Below are positions 1-9,778 of a stretch of 64,000 nucleotides of DNA, one piece after another. Under the pieces are notes generated by a model. The model did no database searches, was not told where the DNA came from, and saw nothing but the letters and a program-made list of their open reading frames with translations. The position numbers were made by a program, and so were the translations under genes. The DNA comes from Dehalococcoidia bacterium (GTDB lineage: Bacteria > Chloroflexota > Dehalococcoidia > Lucifugimonadales > UBA3495), in assembly GCA_965203855.1 (NCBI GenBank), contig CBDBDN010000005.1, positions 463,806 to 527,805 on the forward strand, given 5' to 3'. How positions within the stretch are numbered: the stretch's first letter is position 1; every line of letters starts with the position of its first letter.

Positions 1-425
1 ATCCGGTCGCCGACTACGATTTCGGCACGCGGTCGTATCAGGTGAACGGCAGCGGGATGTTCCTGGAGACGGGCAGTATGCAATGGTTCTGGGACCATTA
101 CCTGCCGGCGGGGGAGTTGGCCGGGTACAACATCTTTGCGTCCCCGCTGCGCGCCCGGCTGTCGGACGAACTGCCGCCGGCCTTGGTAATTACCGCCGAG
201 TTTGACCCGCTGCGGGACGAGGGCGAAGCCTACGCCGCCGCCCTGGACGAAGCCGGCGTGCCTACCGAACTCATCCGCTACGATGGCGTCATCCACGGCT
301 TTTTCGGAATGCCTCACGCCATCGACAAAGGCCGCCAGGCCGTGGACGCCGCCGGCGTTCATCTGTCCGACGCTTTCGGGGCCATCCTCGCGCCGGAGGA
401 AATGCTGGCGGCGGCGGGGGATTAG
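1..425 (+). CDS. alpha/beta hydrolase (Aes/HSL-like esterase), 5'-truncated by window edge
   Basis: C-terminal motifs LPPALVITAEFDPLRDEG and YDGVIHGF (catalytic Asp/His) typical of Abhydrolase_3. Confidence 0.9.
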   Translation, partial: PVADYDFGTRSYQVNGSGMFLETGSMQWFWDHYLPAGELAGYNIFASPLRARLSDELPPALVITAEFDPLRDEGEAYAAALDEAGVPTELIRYDGVIHGFFGMPHAIDKGRQAVDAAGVHLSDAFGAILAPEEMLAAAGD

Positions 426-582
426 GCGGGGGAGCATTTCGAGCCCATGGTGGAAATCATTCGCCCGCCCGGTATCAATCTGCGCCGCTGGCGTCCGATT
501 AGCGATGCCAGCGGCGCAGTCATCAGACCCGTCTATGGTACGATGTTGCTGAATGTCCTGGCCCAAGCGGACGATAAAATCG

Positions 583-1875
583 ATGCGTAACGGAGCGGCT
601 CGGATGACTGGCAAAGGCGTACTGCTGATCGGCGCTGCCGCTGATCGGCACCGTCGCTTTGGCCGGATGGGGATGGTCCCTAGCCGGAATTGGAACGGGC
701 GTCGGAACGGCGCAGGCGCAGTCCGGCCCGTTGGGGCAGCCGACCAACCTTGCCGCAACGCCCGGCATCGGCGAGGTTACGCTGGAATGGACGCCCGCCG
801 CCAACGCCGACCTGCATCCGGCGGTATGGCTGCCGGCCGGAACTGCCAACATCCGGTGGCGAGTTGTCGGCAACGACGGCCTTGCCGCCGCCACTATTGA
901 CGGATTGGAGCCGGGCCACAACTATTATTTTGTGGTAGTTGCCGCTCAGATTGGGGTAGCCTGGTCAAAAGCGAGCAACCTGGTTACCGCCATCGTCATG
1001 GCGGCGCCGTCCGCCGAATCCGGCGGCCAGTCCACCGCATCCGCAACCAACACTGACGCCGGGGATGACCGACTGCCCACCGCCCCCGGCTATTCCGCCG
1101 TCAGCGCGGGCGGCAAGCATACCTGCCGGCTGGACGCCGCCGGCATCGCTACCTGCTGGGGCGCCAACGGCGATGCCGACAAAGGCCAAGCCAACCCGCC
1201 CGACGGAACTTTCACCGTCATCTCCGCCGGCTACGAACACACCTGCGGACTGCGCCCGGACGGAACGGCAGTATGCTGGGCGATGGCCATTATGTCCAGT
1301 TGGATGCGCCTAAGGGACGCTATACCGCCATCAGCGCGGGCGAACTGCACACTTGCGCCATCAAGAGGACGGCGGGATTGCCTGCTGGGGTTCCAATGCC
1401 AGTAACCAGGCGCTGGCTACCGTAGATGGGCGATTTGCCAGCATCAGCGCGGGCGAACTGCATACCTGCGCCATCAAAACGGACGGCTATGCGTCGTGCT
1501 GGGGTAGCCGGGTGGAACTCCATGGTATCTGGGATCGCCGGGATGATCGCCCCGAATACCCCCGTAGCCAGCATTAGTGCCAGTGATACACATAACTGCT
1601 GGATGGATTCGGATGGACAAGTTGACTGCGGCGGCAGTAATCGCTACGGGGAAAGTACGCCGCTAAACCCCATCTCCGACACTTACCTATCCGTTAGCAT
1701 TGGCTATGACCATACTTGCGGGGTACGGACGGACAGTACTGTGGCCTGCTGGGGTTATGACGAATACGGGCAAGCAACAACGTCGCCAGGGGGTACTTTC
1801 AAGTCGGTTAGCGCAGGCATTTACCATACTTGTGGAATACGGACTGACGGGCGCGTGGTTTGCTGGCTGAGCTAA
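583..1875 (+). pseudogene. secreted FN3 + RCC1/BLIP-II-like repeat protein, broken by several frameshifts
   Basis: FN3-like PTNLAATPG..VTLEW..IDGLEPGHNYYFVV, then repeats SAGxxHTCxxxxDGxxxCWG spread over ORFs 659-1405, 1353-1577 and 1426-1875; frame changes near 640, 1280, 1365 and 1510. Confidence 0.75.
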
Positions 1876-1916
1876 CGGCGGGTAGGTTGCGACGCCGTAG
1901 GGCAAAAATTGGGGGC

Positions 1917-1945
1917 TTGCATCCCATCCGATTTTGCGCTATAGT
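1917..1945 (+). promoter_or_regulatory. sigma70-type promoter
   Basis: TTGCAT-17 bp-TATAGT upstream of AGGAAGG and ATG at 1975. Confidence 0.6.
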
Positions 1946-1974
1946 GGGTATCAAATTCAACAGGAAGGTGTGTT

Positions 1975-3078
1975 ATGAAACCTTTAGACGAAATGACAGT
2001 CGTCGCCATTAGCGATATACTCTGCAACCTGTATTGGCCTGATTACGATCCAAACGGGCTGATGGGGTTTTTTCGTAGGTCAGATGTCGAAGTCCCCGAA
2101 CAGTTCCGACCTTTTAGCGTAAGCGTGCTGCCTAGTGTATCATTCAGGTTTTTCTTGATGTCGCTCAATGGCAGTTGCAAATTTGAGAAAATTTTGACTC
2201 GTCTTGCATCTCCTAAGGAGCACGCAGGACACCGGAATCGTCATAGGTCGACTGTCCGAGATCTCAACGGAATTCTCGAGGCTGAAGGATTGCAAATCAT
2301 ATTGAGCAGTTCCGAACCCATTATCCGGGATTTGGGAACGAGCGAACAGGAGACGCAAATGACGCCGTCGCAAATCACCGACACCAAACGATGGCTGGAG
2401 AAAATCGCCGCCTACGAGCGTGGAGATGCCGAAGCGGTTGCTGAAGCCAATGACCGGGGACAGTTTGTCAGTATCTCTGACGAGGCTATGTTGGGCGGGG
2501 CAGAGCACAACGCTGCTGTACGTTTATATCGCAACGGGCTGATCGAGCCGCTCAACAAGAGCTGGATTCATAACCCGGAGAACTATTTTACGTCACTGGG
2601 CATTTATGCCTATCGATTAACAGAGGCCGGCCGGGAGTTCCTGTCCATCCGCAACGTCAACTCCGACACTAACCCCAAACGCCGGCTACGGGCTTTCATT
2701 ACCCATGGCAAGAAGCGTGATTACATCGAAGGTACGAAAGAGGTCTGCCGGCAACTGGGCATCGAACCTGTCGTCGCCATCGAATCGCCGAACCTCTCCC
2801 GGCCTGTAGAGGACAAGGTAGCGCAAGAAATGGCCTCCAGCGACATCTACATAGTCCTACTCACACAGGACGACGGCAACGCTGCCAGTCCTAATGCCAC
2901 TGGAGAATTGACCCACGCTGCGTTTAGCCATCCCGATAGGGTAATCATTTTCCGCGAACCGGGCGTAACTCTACCGCCCAATCTCGGCGGCAGAGCTACC
3001 GGATCTCTGGATGGGCAGTGGCAATTTGAACTTATGAAAGAGTTACAAATGCTCCTTTCCCAAATTACGCAAGAATAA
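1975..3078 (+). CDS. C-terminal TIR-like (CAP12/Pycsar-effector type) domain protein with unknown N-terminal domains
   Basis: RAFITHG..LGIEPVV..PN..VEDK..IVLLTQDD..NATGEL matches the TIR-like nucleotide-binding family pattern; visibly less GC-rich than neighbours. Confidence 0.65.
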   Translation: MKPLDEMTVVAISDILCNLYWPDYDPNGLMGFFRRSDVEVPEQFRPFSVSVLPSVSFRFFLMSLNGSCKFEKILTRLASPKEHAGHRNRHRSTVRDLNGILEAEGLQIILSSSEPIIRDLGTSEQETQMTPSQITDTKRWLEKIAAYERGDAEAVAEANDRGQFVSISDEAMLGGAEHNAAVRLYRNGLIEPLNKSWIHNPENYFTSLGIYAYRLTEAGREFLSIRNVNSDTNPKRRLRAFITHGKKRDYIEGTKEVCRQLGIEPVVAIESPNLSRPVEDKVAQEMASSDIYIVLLTQDDGNAASPNATGELTHAAFSHPDRVIIFREPGVTLPPNLGGRATGSLDGQWQFELMKELQMLLSQITQE

Positions 3079-3244
3079 TCTGCTCTGGCGCGCCAAACGG
3101 ACTTACGGCATTCGGCGTTATTCCCGCCCCTTGCCATCCCCCAAACCGCCCCATAAAGTGGTATGATGGCGGCGGTGGGGCTTTCGCTTTGCCCCGTCTT
3201 TCTGCCGCCCGCCGACGCTTGGTTTGATATAAGGAGCGATTATT

Positions 3245-3649
3245 ATGGCCGAAACGATCCAGGAACATTACACCCGAATGAACCCCCGCTCTCGCGCTTT
3301 GCAGCCCAACTTTCAGGCGCGCTTTCCCTCCGGCAGCCCTGGCCCTTACCCCGCCGCTACGCCCGAACTTGCCGCCGAATTTGCCGCTTGCGCGGAAGCG
3401 TGGGAAAACGCCGCCTTTCTGGATATGGAGGAAATGCTCAACGACCCGGATTATCTCCATATTATTGAGATGGGCCCGGCGGTAACGCCGCTCATCTTGC
3501 AGCGCTTACAAGCCCGCCCCGGCTGGTGGTTCCCGGCGCTGGCCATACTAACCGGGGTTGACCCCACCAACGGGAAAACCCGCGGCAAACTGATGGAGAC
3601 GACGGCAATATGGCTGAAGTGGGCCCAAGAGCAGAAAATCATAGCGTGA
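3245..3649 (+). CDS. chimeric hypothetical protein: aminotransferase N-terminus fused to a small helical domain (putative antitoxin/partner)
   Basis: First 33 aa match those of 4168 except residue 2; remainder DPDYLHIIEMGPAVTPLIL..WWFPALAILTGVDP..WLKW; stop overlaps next start (GTGA). Confidence 0.7.
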   Translation: MAETIQEHYTRMNPRSRALQPNFQARFPSGSPGPYPAATPELAAEFAACAEAWENAAFLDMEEMLNDPDYLHIIEMGPAVTPLILQRLQARPGWWFPALAILTGVDPTNGKTRGKLMETTAIWLKWAQEQKIIA

Positions 3650-4128
3650 GGATGCGCCCGCTGAACAAGCGCGCCATTGACCCTAACGATCTGCGTTTTG
3701 TGGCGGTAACCTCTGAACCAACTATGGTGTACAACTGCATTGCGTGGGCTTTGGGCCAAAGGAACGAATGGTGGGAACCGTATTCGCCGGGCAGTATCCC
3801 CGAAGCACGCGTGTACTGGCCGGCCGGCTTGCCCCACAACCGTGATCCCGAGACTTTGCGGCAACTTTTTCAACAAGAGGGATTTACCGATTGCGAAAAT
3901 GGCGACTTTGACCCCGCTGTCGTCAAAATCGCGCTGTACCGGATACCGGACGGAAATGGCGGTTACCGATGGACTCATGCCGCGCGCCAGCTCAAAACGG
4001 GCTTGTGGACCAGCAAACTCGGCAGCAGCTACGAAGTAACTCACCGCAAACCGGATGACCTTGACGGCGCATTGTACGGTACAGTCTATGCGTATATGTC
4101 AAAACCACGGATTGGCGACGACCCCTGA
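3646..4128 (+). CDS. hypothetical protein with papain-like Cys/His motifs (DUF7689-like)
   Basis: YNCIAWALG, WTHAARQ, WTSKLG motifs; family name is from memory and unverified. Confidence 0.6.
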   Translation: MRMRPLNKRAIDPNDLRFVAVTSEPTMVYNCIAWALGQRNEWWEPYSPGSIPEARVYWPAGLPHNRDPETLRQLFQQEGFTDCENGDFDPAVVKIALYRIPDGNGGYRWTHAARQLKTGLWTSKLGSSYEVTHRKPDDLDGALYGTVYAYMSKPRIGDDP

Positions 4129-4167
4129 CTTATCTATCCGACCTACCCACCACAAGGAGCGATTATT

Positions 4168-5508
4168 ATGTCTGAAACCATCCAGGAACATTACACCCGA
4201 ATGAACCCCCGCTCCCGCGCTTTGCAGCCCAACTTTCAGGCGCGCTTTCCCTCCGGCAGCCCCGGACACGACGGCTACACTTCCGACCCCTTTCCCATCG
4301 TTATCGCCAAAGGCAGCGGGCCGCGCAAGTGGGACATTGACGGCAACGAGTATGTGGACTACGGAATGGGTTCGGCCTCGCTGCTGCTCGGCCACGCCCA
4401 CCCGGAGGTTACCGCTGCCCTGTCCGCCGCCCTCAACGACGGCTCCCACTTCGGCGCCCCTACCGAGTCAATGCTGGAATGGGGCGAGCGGGTCTGCACG
4501 CTGATGCCCTGCGCCGACAAGGTGCGGTTCGTCGGCTCCGGCGCCGAGGCTACGATGCTGGCCATCCGCGTCGCGCGCGCCTACACCGGCAAGGAAAAAA
4601 TCATCCGCTGGGAGTCGCACTATCACGGCTGGCATGACTATGTAATGCCCGGCAACCTGCCGCCCTTTGATGTGCCGGCGTCCATCGGCATCCCGCAGGG
4701 CGTCATCGATTCCGTCATCGTCCTGCCGACCGACCTCACGGCGTTGGAGAACGCTCTGGCCGGCGACGACAACATTGCCGGCGTTATCACGGAAGCGTCC
4801 GGCGCATCCTATGGCACCGTGCCGCTGCCCGATGGTTTCCTGGACGGCGTCCGCAGCCTGACCCGGCAACATGGCGCCGTGATGATTCTGGACGAAGTGA
4901 TTACGGGATTCCGGTGGGCGCCCGGCGGCGCGCAGCAGCGGCTCGGCGTTGATCCCGACCTGTGCACAATGGCGAAAATCCTGACCGGCGGGCTGCCCGG
5001 CGGCGCCGTCGGCGGACGCGATGAAGTGATGGCCGTAATGCATCAGACCGGCGACAGCCATCACGACCGCTATCAGCGCGTGCTGCACGGCGGCACTTTC
5101 AACGCCAATCCCTACGCCGCCGCCGCCGGCAACGCCGCCCTGCGCCTGGTCGCAACCGGGCAGTACAACGAGCAGGCCGACCGGATGGCGGAGCGGCTGC
5201 GGGTCGGCCTGCGCGAAGTTGTGGAACGGCGCGAAGTCAACGCCGCCGTCTATGGCGAAGCGTCCACTTTCCACCTGTTCTTTGGCGCGCGCAGCATTGA
5301 CGGGCTGGACGCCGCGCGCCTCAAAGACCAGCCGATGCAGATTCAGCGCAGCCTGCGCCAGGCCCTGCAAGTGCGCGGCGTCGACCTGATGTCCCGCACC
5401 AGCGGCGTCCTCTCCGGCACTCACACCGAAGCCGACATTGACTTCACCATAGAAGCCTTTGACGGGGCCATAGCGGCGATGATGGACGAGGGGCTGGTGC
5501 AGCACTAG
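4168..5508 (+). CDS. class III PLP aminotransferase (glutamate-1-semialdehyde aminomutase-like)
   Basis: WDIDGNEYVDY, LLLGHAHP, YHGWHD, ILDEVITGFR, PDLCTMAKILTGGLPGGA, HGGTFNANP. Confidence 0.9.
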   Translation: MSETIQEHYTRMNPRSRALQPNFQARFPSGSPGHDGYTSDPFPIVIAKGSGPRKWDIDGNEYVDYGMGSASLLLGHAHPEVTAALSAALNDGSHFGAPTESMLEWGERVCTLMPCADKVRFVGSGAEATMLAIRVARAYTGKEKIIRWESHYHGWHDYVMPGNLPPFDVPASIGIPQGVIDSVIVLPTDLTALENALAGDDNIAGVITEASGASYGTVPLPDGFLDGVRSLTRQHGAVMILDEVITGFRWAPGGAQQRLGVDPDLCTMAKILTGGLPGGAVGGRDEVMAVMHQTGDSHHDRYQRVLHGGTFNANPYAAAAGNAALRLVATGQYNEQADRMAERLRVGLREVVERREVNAAVYGEASTFHLFFGARSIDGLDAARLKDQPMQIQRSLRQALQVRGVDLMSRTSGVLSGTHTEADIDFTIEAFDGAIAAMMDEGLVQH

Positions 5509-5543
5509 GCCGCGCCGACAAATCCCCCGCCACTTCATTCACA

Positions 5544-5569
5544 GTCATTCCGGCTTGCGTCGGAATCCA
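5544..5569. repeat. REP-like palindrome
   Basis: GTCATTCCGGCTTGCGTCGGAATCCA, family consensus GTCATTCCGGCnnnnGCCGGAATC. Confidence 0.75.
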
Positions 5570-6028
5570 GATCTAGTGTGCGCCGTCGTAGTTGCTGATG
5601 ATGGCGCACTTTTTGATTACTATGCCGTCGCGAGAGTATGATGGATCAGATGGCAGGTGTTTTTCCCCAATGTTCCCAGCCGCCGCTCTAACGCCGGCCT
5701 GCGACCGGGAAGATCAGCCGACTTCGCCAGCGTCGAGCAGAATCTGTAATTCCCATCGCAATAATAAATGAAATATAGCAACGAAAATTATAATTATGAT
5801 ATAGACTATTCAGCCCGCCAAGGGCAGGGTTTCCAACGCGAATGCTGCCACCATAGTTTTACCGGCTGCGGCGGTATCGGCAATTAGCAACGGTATTAGC
5901 AACTCTATTACGATGGAAAATTCTATGGCCGCAACGAAAGGCTCGCCGCCTCCGGTCAATGCATCGCTGCATTTTTATATTAATTTATCATAGGGTTTTC
6001 CGGTTATTAGGGTAGATTCGGCAGTATA

Positions 6029-6480
6029 TCATACTACCGGAACATTCAGTTCATCTACAACAGCTTCAAAATCGGCCAGCAGTATTGCATCGCTACGGTA
6101 TTCCGTTCCGGCCAGCGCATTGACGAACCGCGCGTCCGCCGTTACCAGAACGGCCCCGATGCGGCGGGCCAGCGCCAGATACATACAATCTGAGATGGGT
6201 TGATCCAATTCCAGCGCAATACAAAGCGCGTCGGCGGCGACGCTTTCATCGTCCGCCCAATTTATCGACCGTTCCATGACAGAGCTAATTAGCGAAGTTG
6301 CGTCGTTCCCGCCGATTACGCCTTGGCGTACCTTGCTCCACAAAGCGTTGGCGACTCGGCGGCCAACAAGCGCGGGGCGTGCAATTCGTTGGCGTCAGTG
6401 ATCAGCAAATCCGCTGTTGCCGAATCCGATTCCTCCGTTACCCATTTCACGGCCACGCTGGCGTCCGGCACTATTTTCAT
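6029..6480 (-). pseudogene. vapC: VapC/FitB PIN-domain toxin with a 1-bp frameshift near 6355
   Basis: ATG at 6480 gives MKIVPDASVAVKWV..HAPRLLAAE; shifted frame continues ANALWSK..ISDCMYLALA..LVTAD. Confidence 0.8.
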
Positions 6481-6803
6481 TGCCCCGGCTCCGGCGGTAG
6501 CGGCAGCCGCCCGTGGTCACTATCCCGATCTTGCCGTATCAGCACTTCGGACGGGATTTGCGGTTTGCCGGCGGTCAACTTCAGCAGCTCGCGCGACAAC
6601 TCCCGAAAGGCTTTGCGCTTGGCGGCCATCGCCTCGGCGTCGTTGGCAATCGCTTTTTCCAGGATGCCGCGCAGCTCGCTTTCCAGCGAGCGGTTATTTT
6701 GGGCCGCCAAGTTCTTGAGACGGCGCACCACATCCGCATCCACATCAGGCACGGTAATGGTAACGGTGTCGGTGATGGCAGCGGTATCGGCAGCGTTTTC
6801 CAT
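6477..6803 (-). CDS. FitA-like ribbon-helix-helix antitoxin
   Basis: ITVPDVDADVVRRLKNLAAQNNRSLESELRGILE; ATGA overlap with the PIN gene. Confidence 0.85.
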   Translation of the reverse strand: MENAADTAAITDTVTITVPDVDADVVRRLKNLAAQNNRSLESELRGILEKAIANDAEAMAAKRKAFRELSRELLKLTAGKPQIPSEVLIRQDRDSDHGRLPLPPEPGQ

Positions 6804-6900
6804 GAGTTCCCCTCCGCAGTCGCTTACCGGACAATAATAGCACGGCGACCCAATATCGCTAACTAGCGGCATCACCCGGAATGCAACGGCGACTGCGATG

Positions 6901-7662
6901 TCATACGCTTACTACATCCCCTACCCGCACCAGGCCCGGCTTTTCTACGATGCCGTACACCCCGAAATAGGCGGCTAGGGGATTGGGGCGGTAGCCCAGG
7001 ATGGCTTGCACCGCATCGGCATCGGTGGCGCCGGTGTTGGGATGCTGGTTGATGATGGCGCAGCGCGGGTCGGGGGCCAGGATACGGATTACGGCATCGC
7101 CAACGCGGATGGGGCGGGTGATCCAGCCGTCCTCCTGATGCGGTTCGCATCCGTCCAGTAGCAGCGTAGGCCGGAAACGGTCGGTATGCAGGCATTCGGC
7201 GCCGGGCATCCTTATCTCCGCCGACAGCCGCTCTACTGAGGCGCGGGACAATATGGACACCGGAAACTCGTCAAACGCCTGCCCCGGCAAGCCCGACATC
7301 AGCAGCGATACCGGCTGTCCGCAGAACTCGCTCAACGCCGCCGACCATTCGCCCCACAGCGGCCGGCCGCGTACCCGCCGGCCCCAGATAGTCGTCCATA
7401 CCGGGCTGCCCAGTTCCGGCTGTCCCTCTAGCGCAACTCCGTCGGGGAATGCAATCCGCAGCTGCTGCGCTGCATCGTCCCAGGATGCGGACAGCTGCGC
7501 CAGCCGGCCAATCTGCCGCCTGGTCAACAGCCGTCCTTGCCCGTTGACCAGGTAAAACCGGCGGTCGTCCCGGATGCCGCCCGACTCCATGCTGGCTTCG
7601 TTAAGCGACAGCAGCGCCATTGACTTGACCGGGGCAATGTTGATTGCGGCGACGGCAATCAT
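6901..7662 (-). CDS. MOSC domain protein (mARC/YcbX-like)
   Basis: APVKSM, DDRRFYLV, DRFRPTLLLDG..EDGW, PRC motif; ATG at 7662 overlaps the upstream stop. Confidence 0.9.
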   Translation of the reverse strand: MIAVAAINIAPVKSMALLSLNEASMESGGIRDDRRFYLVNGQGRLLTRRQIGRLAQLSASWDDAAQQLRIAFPDGVALEGQPELGSPVWTTIWGRRVRGRPLWGEWSAALSEFCGQPVSLLMSGLPGQAFDEFPVSILSRASVERLSAEIRMPGAECLHTDRFRPTLLLDGCEPHQEDGWITRPIRVGDAVIRILAPDPRCAIINQHPNTGATDADAVQAILGYRPNPLAAYFGVYGIVEKPGLVRVGDVVSV

Positions 7663-8765
7663 GTCGCATCGCTGCTTTCCGACGGCGCCACATCCGCCGC
7701 GACCGGCCGCATTCCATAGCAGCTGCGGCAGTAGTTCGGAATGTCGTCGTTGGCGATGCGCCGCCGCAAGGTACGGTATTTGTCGTTGTTCCAGATTTGA
7801 GAGAACGGTTCGGCAAAAACATTGCCCATTTTCACCACGCCGGAGTCTCCAATCATACAGCAAGGCACTACATCGCCGTTGGCGGCAATATAGGCGCTGT
7901 TCCAGGGCCAGCGGCAGCGGCGGGCGGACGAGTAACGCGGCCCGCGCGTAATAACCAGCGGCATACCGATGGCTGCGCCGGCGCTTTTCGCTTCATTCAG
8001 CAGTTGTTCAGCCCTCCGGCTGCCGCGCGAGATGTTGATGGGAACAATGGAGTCCTGCATCTCGTCCTTGCCGAAATCCGTTAGCCGGGATCTGATAGTC
8101 AGGCTGTCCGCCCCCAGTTTTTTGGCCAGCCGCACCAGGTCGGGGAGTTCGTGGATATTGCGGGCGGTGGCTACTGTGGTGATTTCAATGCGGGGCCAGG
8201 ACCTGCCGTCGCGGCGGCGCGTCAGGTCGGTGATATGCTCAATGACCGCCTGGAACTTGCCGTTGACGCGAATGGCTTCAAAAGTTGCGGCGGTGGCCCC
8301 GTCTATGGAGAATGTCAGCGTGACTCTACGCAACGCCAGCAGCCGCTTGGCGATGCTGTTGGTGTAGATTGAACCGTTGCTAGTAATCTGCGTTGCGATA
8401 CCCCGGCCGTCCGCCTCCGTCAGCATATCCAGCAGGCTTTTATTGAGCAGCGGCTCGCCCATGCCCTGCAACGTGATTTGCCGGATCCGGGGCACCTGCC
8501 GCAGAATGGCGCGGAACCGCTCCGGGTTCAGCCGTGTCGCCAGCTTTCTTTTCCAGTGCGTAACCTGGCAGTGGTCGCACGCAAAGTTGCAGATGTCAAT
8601 AGGCTCCACATCCAGACTGTGGGGCAGGTAAGGCACCCGTTCCAGTTTGAGAAGCTGAGCAATGCGGGAACGCAGCGCGTAGTACAGCGGCGGCAATACG
8701 CGGAACTTTCCCCGCCGGCCTACCTGCATACGGCTGATGTTGTTGACGAATTTTTGCCAAGTCAT
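7659..8765 (-). CDS. radical SAM protein with SPASM/twitch domain
   Basis: CNFACDHC, GMGEPLL, FSIDGAT, CRWPW..NGDVVPCC..MGNV..CRSC. Confidence 0.9.
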   Translation of the reverse strand: MTWQKFVNNISRMQVGRRGKFRVLPPLYYALRSRIAQLLKLERVPYLPHSLDVEPIDICNFACDHCQVTHWKRKLATRLNPERFRAILRQVPRIRQITLQGMGEPLLNKSLLDMLTEADGRGIATQITSNGSIYTNSIAKRLLALRRVTLTFSIDGATAATFEAIRVNGKFQAVIEHITDLTRRRDGRSWPRIEITTVATARNIHELPDLVRLAKKLGADSLTIRSRLTDFGKDEMQDSIVPINISRGSRRAEQLLNEAKSAGAAIGMPLVITRGPRYSSARRCRWPWNSAYIAANGDVVPCCMIGDSGVVKMGNVFAEPFSQIWNNDKYRTLRRRIANDDIPNYCRSCYGMRPVAADVAPSESSDAT

Positions 8766-8849
8766 AACTAATCTTGCCCTTATTGGAGCCTAATCGGATG
8801 TCCAAAAATGCGCTAGTTGGCGGCGTAGCATAGCATCGTCCGGGTACGC

Positions 8850-9500
8850 TGACTGCATTACCGCGGCGACCGCACGGATGCCGAATGGCGTCTTGGAACC
8901 CCTGCTGTTGCCGCCCCAACACGGGCGACGGCCCGTCAAGTGTCCTCGCCGCAAAACCGTCAACGCCATCCTCTATATCCGGCGCGGCGGCGGCGGCCTG
9001 GCGTATGCTGCCTCACGACTTGCCGTCCTGCCGCAACGTTTTTCACTGCTACCGCACCCGGCGTCTGCTGGAGGTTTGGCAGCAAGTCAACCCTGCCCTG
9101 CGCCAGCAAGCGCGGTAAATACAGGGCCGCCATCCTGAACCCGGCACCGCCATTAGCGACAAACAATCGGTGAAAGCTACCGAAAAATTGGGATTGCGCG
9201 GTTAACAATGCCGGTAAAAAGCGCTGGGGCGCAAGCGTTATATTGTGGTGGGTACGACGGGTCGGCTGCTGGCGGTAGCGGCGCATCCGGCGGATGTTCA
9301 AAACCGTGACGGCGCCCGGCTGGCATTGGCGGAATGGGTTCGGGGCCGCCTGGTGATTGTAGCGCGCCGGGCGCGGCAGCGGGGTTTGAGCAAAGATTAT
9401 GCGGCACTGCCATAGAGCAGCGCGATATGGATACGGATTGCAACGAGCCGTCTGATGCTGCGCCGCTTGGCGCAAAGACCGGCTTATTGGACGCCCCCTG
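8850..9500 (+). mobile_element. degraded IS5-family transposase
   Basis: Fragments LEPLL..GRRP..VNAILY / WRMLPHDLP / QSVKATE..AGKK..GRKR across frames with stops; boundaries approximate. Confidence 0.8.
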
Positions 9501-9523
9501 AAGGTTTTGGGGCAGCCAATATC

Positions 9524-9541
9524 GGGGGGGGGGGGGGGGGG
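9524..9541. repeat. G18 homopolymer
   Basis: 18 consecutive G just after the IS5 remnant. Confidence 0.9.
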
Positions 9542-9778
9542 CAGAATGGCAGTCATAATCGCACTCCGGGCTTCCCTCAATGCGGATGAATTTGTCATCG
9601 GGCAAGCCGCCGTGAAACTACCGAATCATAATAGCGGATATAGTAACCCATAATTGCCCAATAAGCAAGATGGCCGCTACACCTCTGACCGTTGTTTCAG
9701 ACTATCAGCCGTCATTGCGGCGCGAACCGGAAGCGATGGTCAGAAAGCCAATCGGCTGCCATACCTGGCGGGGTTGCC

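Larger units (their letters stand above)
3231..4265 (+). repeat. ~112 bp direct repeat (3231-3342 and 4154-4265) containing RBS plus first 33 codons of the aminotransferase
   Basis: AAGGAGCGATTATTATG...CCCTCCGGCAGCCC occurs twice with about 5 mismatches. Confidence 0.95.

Noticed and set aside
4168-5508. Calling the aminotransferase hemL
   Set aside because: Family-level match only; no hem genes nearby and the N-terminal NSPVR-type motif of true GSA aminomutase is absent.
5600-6000. AT-richer stretch with a hydrophobic minus-strand frame
   Set aside because: Interrupted by stops and no recognisable family; at most a decayed membrane protein remnant.
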